DNA of 64,000 nt from Felis catus. Lineage: Eukaryota. The stretch lies in the NCBI RefSeq assembly GCF_018350175.1, contig NC_058369.1:6076001-6140000 (forward strand). Reading direction: 5' to 3'. A program made the translations under genes and the position numbers. Positions 12,001 through 20,800 of this stretch are shown piece after piece. Position 1 is the first letter of the stretch. Every line of letters begins with the position of its first letter. The notes under the pieces were generated by a model. That model did no database searches. It was not told the DNA's origin and saw only the letters and a program-made list of their open reading frames with translations.

Positions 12001-12519
12001 GTTGGGGGCCCCCACCTGTACCCCTCACTCGGCTCTCACGTGAGCCCGACCCCGGCCCTGCAGAATTTCCACTTTCCCAGAGCACTGGGGTCCTTCCTGC
12101 AGGAGGTGATAAGGCTTCCGTGCCTGTCAGGGAGGCGCTGGCCAGGACCCAAAGCCCGGTGCCCTCCTCCGTCGGGGAAACTGAGACCCAAAGAGGGCAG
12201 AGGCTGTGGAAGCCACGTGGCCAAGCTGGGGGAGGCCGCAGGGCAAGCCCCTCTCTGGGACCTGGGGCCTCTGGGAAAAGAATGAATGGATTTCCCCTGT
12301 CTGGGAGGGGGCGGGGCACCACTCAAGGCTTTGAGGTTGCAAAGCCCCGGGAGAGGGCCTCCGGCAGCCAGCATGAAACAGAAGGAAAATGCAACCTTCC
12401 CGAGGGGTCTGCTCAGACCTCACTTCACGTCCCTCAGGTTCAGAACCCTCCAGTCTAAACTAGCCCTTCTCCCCCACCACCCCCCCCCCCCGCCCCAGCA
12501 CCTAAGACTGTCCTGCGGA

Positions 12520-12850
12520 TTTGTGAATTTTAAACTTTGTTTTTATGCTACATCGTGGATGAACCGTGAGGGTGTCGTGCTAAGTGAAAGGGACTAAACA
12601 CCAAAGCACAGACCCTGTAGGATCCCAGTTAGATGCCGTCCCTAGAGGAGTCCCCTTCGCAGAGACAGGAAGTAGATGGAGGGAGCCAGGGGCTGGGCGA
12701 GGGCAGGGGGAGTTGGTGTCTCAGTTTGGCAAGATGGAAAGTTCTAGAGACTGAGGGTGGGGATGGTGGCGTGGTGTGAGTGTGCTTAACGCCACTGCAA
12801 ATGATTCGAATAGCAAATTTTGTGTTCTGTATATTTTATCACGATGAAAA
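12520..12850 (+). mobile_element. old L1 3' end fragment
   Basis: atgctacatcgtggatgaaccgtgag...tcagtttggcaagatggaaagttctagagact. Confidence 0.65.
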
Positions 12851-13049
12851 ACCGAAACCTCCCTCGCAAGAACTGGGCCTTTGTTCTCCGAACCTGGCAC
12901 CCAGTAGGTGCCCAAATAGTGGTTGTTGAGTAAATGAAAGAGGAGAGGTCATCTGTCCCCAGCAGATGGAGGGACAGACAGAGACACAGAGAAAGCGTGT
13001 TCAAGCCCGAAGCCAGCACCTTCTCTTTGTCTGTAAATCATGCTTCAAA

Positions 13050-13274
13050 GCAGTGGTTCTCAACTGGGGGTGATTCTGCCCCTCAGGAGGCATTCGGCGA
13101 TGTCTGGAGACATTTTTGGCGGTCGTGACTAGGTAGAAGGGGGGACTACTGGCAGCCAGAGGCTAGAGGCCAGGGATGTTGCCAAAGACCCTACAATCTA
13201 CAGGACAGCCCCCCACCCCAACAACAAGGAATCATCCGGCCCCAGTGCCAACAGAACTGAGAATGAGAAACCCG
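13050..13274 (+). mobile_element. MER20 (hAT-Charlie MITE)
   Basis: cagtggttctcaactgggggtgattctgcccc...tgagaaaccc terminal repeats. Confidence 0.8.
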
Positions 13275-15006
13275 GTTTTAAAGCCACCTCCTCCTGCAAG
13301 CCCTTTGGGATTTGACACACCCACTTCCCTCCCGCCCACACACCCCCTCCTTCCTTTCTCCCTTTTGCAACACCAGGAGGGACCGATCAGGTGGGGAGAG
13401 CAGGGGGCTGGGCCACTGGGGTGGGGTTGGGGTCAGGGTGGATGTTCCTTCATCACAGTGGAATTGAACGCGGGGCCCTGTCCTAGGTGCTGAGGTTCTA
13501 AATTTAGAGGTTGAGGCTCCTCTCCGCACAGAGCACAGGTGAGAGGGTTGGGGATCCGAACACCCTTGGGGGTGAGTTGGGGTTGAATAGCGTCGGGCCG
13601 GGGCCGGGGCCAGGGTGGGGACCCGCCCGGGGATCGTTTGTGGTTGTTGCAGGACCCCTGACTCGTTCCTCCTGCGTCCAGATCCAGGTCTGTGCCGAGC
13701 GGGGGCCGGGGCGGGGGGGACGGGGGGGGGGGGGCTGCCCTGGGCTCAAGGATCCCAAACGTGAAAGAAGAACTGACACCCTCGATGGGGGCCCACATCC
13801 GCACGGTTTCCTGTTTTTCCCTTGAAGTGAACAGAGCCCTGGGTCGATACCACAGAAGGGAAGAGGGAGGGGTCAGTCGCGTGACAGGGTTTACTGCAGC
13901 CCCGAGTAGGGGGGTTGAGATGTCACCCCCAAAGCATCCTCTTGTCTAAGTTCAGTCTTGGCAGGGACCCAGCTTCGCAGGAGCCGTGGAACCTTCCGGA
14001 AGGACACGGTGGAGACGGTGGGCACCAGTGTGGACGGGGGCTGGGCACCTGGGCTGCAGAGCTCTCAGAGGCTCAGGAACACCAAACCTCATCCCCACCC
14101 CATCCTCGATTCGACACCTCCTACCCCGTCCTGTGTCTTCACTGCCACCCAGCGAGGCTTCTTCCCAAACTTTCTCCTCTTCCTTCCTGTGTCCTCAGCA
14201 CTAGGACAGCCCCGCTGTCTACCAGAGGCTGCGACTGAGACCCAGTCAATTGTTACAGCATCTTCCGGATGCCCCCCCCCCATCCTCACCCATCACCAAA
14301 GCCCGTCTCTTCTCAAACCCGTCCAGTCATTCCCACAGCCACTGCCCCAGACACCTCCTCTGGTGCCTGGACCTGGTGACAGCTCCCCAGTGTCCCCACC
14401 CCCACCTGGCCCCATGATGACACTCAGGGTCCCCCCCCCCCGCCGCCAGGGCTCCTGCCGCCTTCTGTCCACCCAGCAGCCCCAGTGACCTCTCTCTGGT
14501 GCCCACCTGACCACTCTCTTCCCTACAATGACCATCTCCTGTCCCTTGGCAAAACACGCCATGGGTTCAAGTCCCCGCAAGTAGCCCAGATCGAGTTGAG
14601 AGGGACAGTCTGGGCCCTGAATGAACAGCCTCAACCCAACAGTCATTCAGGCAGTACACATGTACTGAGGGCCACCCCTCCATGCTGGAAACACAGTGTG
14701 ACACATGAGGCAGCTTCGTGCCTGCTGTCCTGGGGTGCAAAGTCCAGGGGACATGTCGGGCCAGGCCCCTCCCCATCTGGTGGTTGGCCCAGATCGGTCC
14801 CGGTGGGAAAGTGGGACACAGGGGCCCAAGTGGGCATCTTCCAGAGTGAGAGGCAGAGCATCAAGCCTGGAGGACGGAGGCAGCCCTTCCCGGCGTGGGG
14901 ATTGGCCTGGGGTGTCCCCCAATCAAGAATGGGAAGAGGGTGAAGGATCAGAGGACACAGTTTAGGGAGGAAGGGCAGGGTGTGAGGTGTGAAGAAGTCC
15001 CCATAA

Positions 15007-15228
15007 GGGGCACCCGAGTGGCTCAGTCGGTCAGGCGTCCTACTTTGGCTCAGGTCATGATCCCACGGTTCGTGGGTTCGAGCCCCACGTCGGGCTCTGT
15101 GCTGACAGCTCGGAGCCTGGAGCCTGCTTCCGATTCTGTGTCTCTCTCTCTCTCTCTCTGCTCCTCCCCCCCTCCTGCTGTCTCTCTCTGTCTCTCAAAA
15201 ATAAAATAAAAACATTAAAAAAAAAAGA
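15007..15228 (+). mobile_element. Can-SINE
   Basis: SINEC with 15-bp TSD aagaagtccccataa. Confidence 0.92.
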
Positions 15229-15882
15229 AGTCCCCATAAATCCAAGGCTAGGCGCACGGGGGTTAGGGCTGCTGACTTGGGGCCTGCGCTGCCTGGGTTC
15301 AAATCCCGGCATTGCCATTTATGAGCTGTGCAACTTTGGACAAGTTACCTAACCTCTCTGCGCTCCACATTCTTCACCAAGAAGGCAGCATGAGGAGCAA
15401 AAGCATCTACTTCATAACATGCAAACGTTAAATGTTTCAATGCACCTGGGACACTGGGAACTGTCCCCCCCCCCCCAACTCTCTGGCACACACTGGTATT
15501 AAATTCAACCCTGCAACAAAATTGTTACTATTTGACCAGAATGTTATCTCATGGATCTTTCTGTTTCTTCCCTACCTCCGGGCTCCCTCCTTGCTCATCC
15601 CTCTCTCTTTCTCTCTCCTTTTCTTCCCTCTTCCCTGCCACAGTGGTATAATGACTTAGCCACGTTAGTTCAGTCCTGGCTCTCCCACTTACTTCCTCCA
15701 GCACTCTGGGAATGTGGCTTAGCCTCTCTGGACCTCAGTTTTGCTCACCTGCGTAATGGAGATAATAATAGGACGGACTTTACCCGGTGGTGGGGAGCAT
15801 CAGGGGAGGCCATGCGTGTAATATGGGTAACCAGGTGGCAAGCCCATAATTAGGCCTGTGAAAATAGAAGCCGTGGGTGGGC

Positions 15883-15998
15883 CTGCTTTCAGAAGAAAAC
15901 TGTCTCCCCAGGCCAAGGTCCTCACCACCGCCCGCGGCCCCGCCGGCCCCTCCAACCCGCCCCAGCGGACCAGGACAGCGACGCCGTTCGCAGCGCAT
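15883..15998 (+). other. FCER2: probable FCER2 non-coding exon 1 (CD23a), containing a STAT6-type site TTCAGAAGAA at 15888-15897
   Basis: Donor CAT|GTGAGT at 15999; CpG-rich; loose similarity to recalled human exon 1; start approximate. Confidence 0.55.
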
Positions 15999-16911
15999 GT
16001 GAGTGCGAGATACGTGCGAGTGGGTGGGCGTGCGACTGCGTGTCTGCGTGTGAATGTGGGAGCACACGCGTGTGACCCTCTGTGCGTGTGCGTGTGTGTT
16101 GGGGCCGGCAGTGGGACGTGGATGTTGAAGGTTCCTTGGAAGGAGCGGCCTCGGGGCTGGGTCTCAAGGGACAGAAGGGCGGTGGGCAGAATCGGCAGGC
16201 GTGCGGGGTCCTGGGTTGGGGCAGTTGAAGCCAGCGCCTGGCGTGACCGAGCAGAACAGATGAGCTTGGTGGGTGCACCGGGGGCCGATAGTGCAGACCC
16301 CGGAGGGCCGCGGAAAGCCGTCCGCAGGGCTGGGACCTCCTAAGTCAGAAAGACGGCCCGGCATCAGGACCCTGCCCCCTGGCACTCACTGGCAGACACC
16401 CATCAGGAGACCATGTCCCCAGGTGGTTGAGCGAATAGGCTCCGATGTCACCTGTCCTGGGTTCAAGTCCCCGTTCTACCATCGTGTGGCATGGACAAAT
16501 TACTTACCTCCTCGGGGCCTCAGTTTCCCCAGCTCCCCACCAGCAGGTTAACCGAGCGCCTGCTGCGTGCCACGCCCATCGTGCTTCATCCAGTGGGCTT
16601 GGCACGGTCACCCCTCGTTGACAGATGAGCAAACTTAAGTCGCTCGTCCTGGGAGAAGCCGGGACTCAGCCCCCAGTCTGTCCAGCTTGGGCTCAGGCAC
16701 GTTTGGCTGCAGGATGGCCACGCCTCTGGCCTCTTCCATGATGGCACAAGGTCCAGTTGGAGCTGCCGTTAATCAGAGCCTGGTCACTCCCCACACCCAC
16801 CTCCCCGGGGCTCAGAGAGGGGAAGCATATTGCCCATAGTCCTACAGCAAGAGAGGCAGCCTGTAACCAAACCCGCCCTCTTTGGCACAAAATAGATGCT
16901 CGAAAGACTTT

Positions 16912-17121
16912 GGGGCGCCTGGGTGGCTCCCTCGGTTAAGCCTCTGACTCCTGATTTCGGCTCAGGTCATGATCTCACGCTTCATGGGCTCGAGCCCCGC
17001 GTCAGGCTCTGCGCTGGCAGTGTGGAGCCTGCTGGGGATTCTCTCTCTCCCTCTCTCCCTCTCTCTCTCTGCCCCTCCCTGCTCACTCCCTCTCTCAAAA
17101 TAAACAAATAAACTTAAAAAA
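16912..17121 (+). mobile_element. Can-SINE in FCER2 intron 1
   Basis: ggggcgcctgggtggctccctcgg head, (CT)n, A tail. Confidence 0.9.
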
Positions 17122-17897
17122 AATTTTTTTTAAAAACTCAAGATACTTTAAAGATGCCTTGGGCACATTGCAGAAGAGGAAGCTGAGGTCTGGTGACGGA
17201 GTTTCTGCACCGCCCAGCAAGGCCTGACACACAGCAGGTGCCTGATAAGTGTTTAGGATCTGAAGACCCACTGTGTGTGCACGGCATCTTGCCAAGACAC
17301 TCACCTATGTTGTCATCTCATTTGATCCTACCTCGACCTCGTGAGTTGGGTGCGAGTGTCCCTCCCATTCTATAGAGGGGACCCTGACGCTCGGGAAGGT
17401 TGAGTCCCAAGCGACGTTGGCAACCGGCGGTGACAGCAGCAAGCTGATGATGATATTTGTGGGGCGACGGACCAGCCCTTGATCGAAGCACCTGACACAT
17501 CCGTGAAGGGCACGTCACCACCCTGTGGTGCGGGTGTTACTGGCGTTTTATGGATGAGGCGGTTGGTTTTGAGGTTCTGTCACTCGCTGCATTTATGAGG
17601 CACCTGCCGTGTACCCGGCCCGCGTCGGCTCTGGGGCGCCCACCTCTGGTCTCAGGCCTGTGTCTCCCAGTGAAATGCCACGCTGACTCCTGGTCACGGA
17701 CAAAACAAAATCAGCCAATGGTCACCGAGCTCCTCGAGTCCCAGACGCTGTCCTGCGCCCGTAACCAGAGCCTGACGTCTAACCTTAATGCTCCTCAGAA
17801 CCCGGATCCCGGCCAGAGCCGCGACGACACCCGCTAAGTGGGCTGCCTTGGGAGGTGGTGAGCAGCCTGTCACTGGGAGAATCCAAGCAGGGCGGCC

Positions 17898-20800
17898 ATG
17901 GAGGAACATGTCTACTCAGGTGAGAGGGCTCTCTGGAGCTGACCCTGGCAAAACCGAGCACCTGGCCTCCTCCCTTCCACCCAAGAGAGGAGAGGGGTTC
18001 CTGGGTCTCTCTCTGGGAAGAAGGCCCAGCAAGGGGTGAGGGGGAGGTGAGCCCCGACTGGCCTTCTGGGCACAGAGCCAAGCAGGAGGGGGAAGCCGCA
18101 GGCCCCTCCCTGCCCTGACTCAACGCCCTCCAACAAAAAAAATCGGCTCCATCTCCGGTGCTGGGAGACCGATAGATTTGGAAGTAGAACGGGTACTCAG
18201 AGCAAGTAGAATCCAGCACGATGAATCCTCACGGCCAGGGCGAGGGCAGGGGGCCCGGGCCCACGGTGGGGAGTCAAGGTAGAGTCCTGGGGCCCCAGGG
18301 GTTGTGGTGAGGCTCCGGGGGGTCTGACATCCAGGGAAAAGTCTGGGGAAGGGCTTGGATATGGAGGAAGAACACAGACCCAGCGTCCTGGGTTTAGAGA
18401 AGGGGTGCGGGGTGGAGGACAGCCACAGGGTGAGGGCAGGAGGTCCAAGGGGAAGGAGGACCCAGCTTCCCGGGCATGAGGCTGGAGCTCGAGCACTGGT
18501 GCGTGAGGGGGTAAGGGAAGAGGGTCACAGCGAGAGCTGGGTGGCAGTCGGCCACCTGATGGGGGACCATGGAGGGAGGGTCTCAGCTCCCGGCCCCCCA
18601 CCCCGGGCTGCCTTTCTGGACGGCGCCCTGGCCCCAAGTCAGGCTTGCTGACCACTGGGGTGTGGGCAGAAGGGCTGGACGGGTGGAGGGACAGATTCAG
18701 AGATGCACAGATTCAGAAGTGGATGGAGTCGGGGTGGGGGGGCACCGGTGGGGCACGAAGGCGGCATGTGGGGAAGGTGTGCGGAGTAGGCTGGGGGTCC
18801 ACTGAGACCCACGGCTTTAGTGTGGGCTCTGGACAGGCTCCCAGGACTTAGGGGCTGTGGGTGACGGGGAGACAGGCAGAGCCAAGCCCCGTCTCACGCT
18901 GCACCGCTTGGCGCTCCCCCCTCAACGCCCGGCAGAGTTCCCAAACCTTCCCGGAAGGCGGCGGTGGTGCTGTCGGCAAGGGACCCAGATGGCACTGTTG
19001 GGGCTGGTGACCGTCATGCTGTGGGCCGGGCTGCTGACCCTGCTCCTCTTCTGGCGTGAGGACACCCCCAGCCCCATGCGGCCCCTCTCCTGTGCTCTCT
19101 CCCAGAACCCCACTTTCAGATGCTGGGACGTCACGCCCCTCCGAGTCCAATTTCCCCATCGTGCCTCCCACCTTGTCCCCAGCGGCCCCCTCCCGAGGCC
19201 CTCTGCCCGCCCCCCACCCGAGAGCTCCCCACCCCGTCCAGCGTCTCTGTCTCCCATCCTTTCTGTGCCTCCCGAGTGGTATGTACCCAAGGCCTCCCTC
19301 CCCAGCTGACAAGTGGGGAGGTGTGGTCGGGGGCTCCTGAAAACCCGTCTTTGCCCCTCCTCTTCTCCCCTCCCCAGACTGGGACGCTGTACAGAACCTG
19401 AAACAGCTGGAAGAAACCGCCGCCCAGAACGGTAGGGGGGGAGGGGTAGGGGGGAGAGGAGGCAGGGAGGGGGGCTCTCGTCCTGCTTCGGCCACGGGCC
19501 ACTGTGGGACATGGGAGAAGGACTGGGCTCCAGCATCCCCTGCCGGGAAGTGGGGGTCAGCCTGCGTTGCCCCCTCCCCGTGGGGTGAAAACCCGGAGCC
19601 TCTGGGAGAGACGGGGGGGCTCCACGAGGTGTCTGATGGGCTGTTAAGTAATGGCTCCAGGCCTCGGTTCCCTCACCTGTAAAGTGGGCATCATTTCAGG
19701 GTGTCGAGGCAGAAACAAGCCGAGACTTGGTGAAGCATTTAGACCTGCCTCCAGTGAGCTTTCAGGAAACGCCGGCTGCTTTTAGGTTGCGTTCTGGGTG
19801 GGGGGAGGGTGCACGTGTTCATCCTATTCTTGCCTGCGTCTTCCTCGGTACCTTGTCCCCAAAATGAAAATGTGAGGGGACCCTGCACTCGGGGCCAGGG
19901 AGGGGAAGGATTTGAGGACGTGCCTTCCTGGTTCCTGAGGACACATCGTCTTTCCTGCGGCCCCAGTCTCTCAGGTTGCCAAGGACTTGGAAAGACACAG
20001 AGGGGACGAGATGGCCCAGAAATCCCGGGGTGAGTGATGTCAGCTCAGGTCGAGGAGGAGGAGTGGGGTGGGGGTGGGGGAGCCCGGATTAACATGTGGA
20101 CAGAGTGCTCTAGGCCACCTGTGAATGGCAAAGTGAGCAGGGGACCCCGAAGACAGAGGCGAGAAGGACAAAGGGGCCAGCGGGGGAGCTGGGGGGGGGG
20201 GCAGGGGCGGCCCTGAGGACCTGCTTACCACTGAGCCCCCTCCCCTGCACCCAGCTGCCCAGGTGTCACAGAACATGGAGGAAATCCAAGCTGAACAGAA
20301 AAGGATGAAAGCTCAGGGTGAGAGGCTGGTGGGGACGGGGGTCCTAGAGCTGGGAGGGACCGTGAGGCTGGGGGCCGGGCTCGGGGACTCCCAGCCCTGA
20401 CCCCAGCCCGGCCCCGTCAGACTCTGAGCTCTCCCGGAACCTGGATGGACTTCGTTCGGACCTGAGCAACCTCAAGTCCCAGAGTGAGCCTTGGGAGGGG
20501 ACGGGGTGGGGGGGGGGGGCGGGGGGGTGCGCTCCAAGCTCGTCTCTGACCACCGTCCCCCACCCAATCACCCGAGGCTTGAACGAGAGGCGCACAGCCT
20601 TGCACTCGTTGGAAAGGCTCCAGCAGGAGGTGGTAAAGCTGTGGGTTGAGCTCCACGTGTCCAACGGTGAGTGTGCTTGTGAGTCTGGGCCTGTGGCGTG
20701 CGAGCGACGAGACGGGTGTGGGGGGGTGTGTGCTAGAGGGCTGCACGTGACAGCGTGGACGGGTGTGGGCTTATGTGTGCGGCAGGGTCCATGGGGGACA

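Noticed and set aside
11438-12285. Cys/Val-rich ORFs of 171-259 aa
   Set aside because: Translation of degenerate GT repeats
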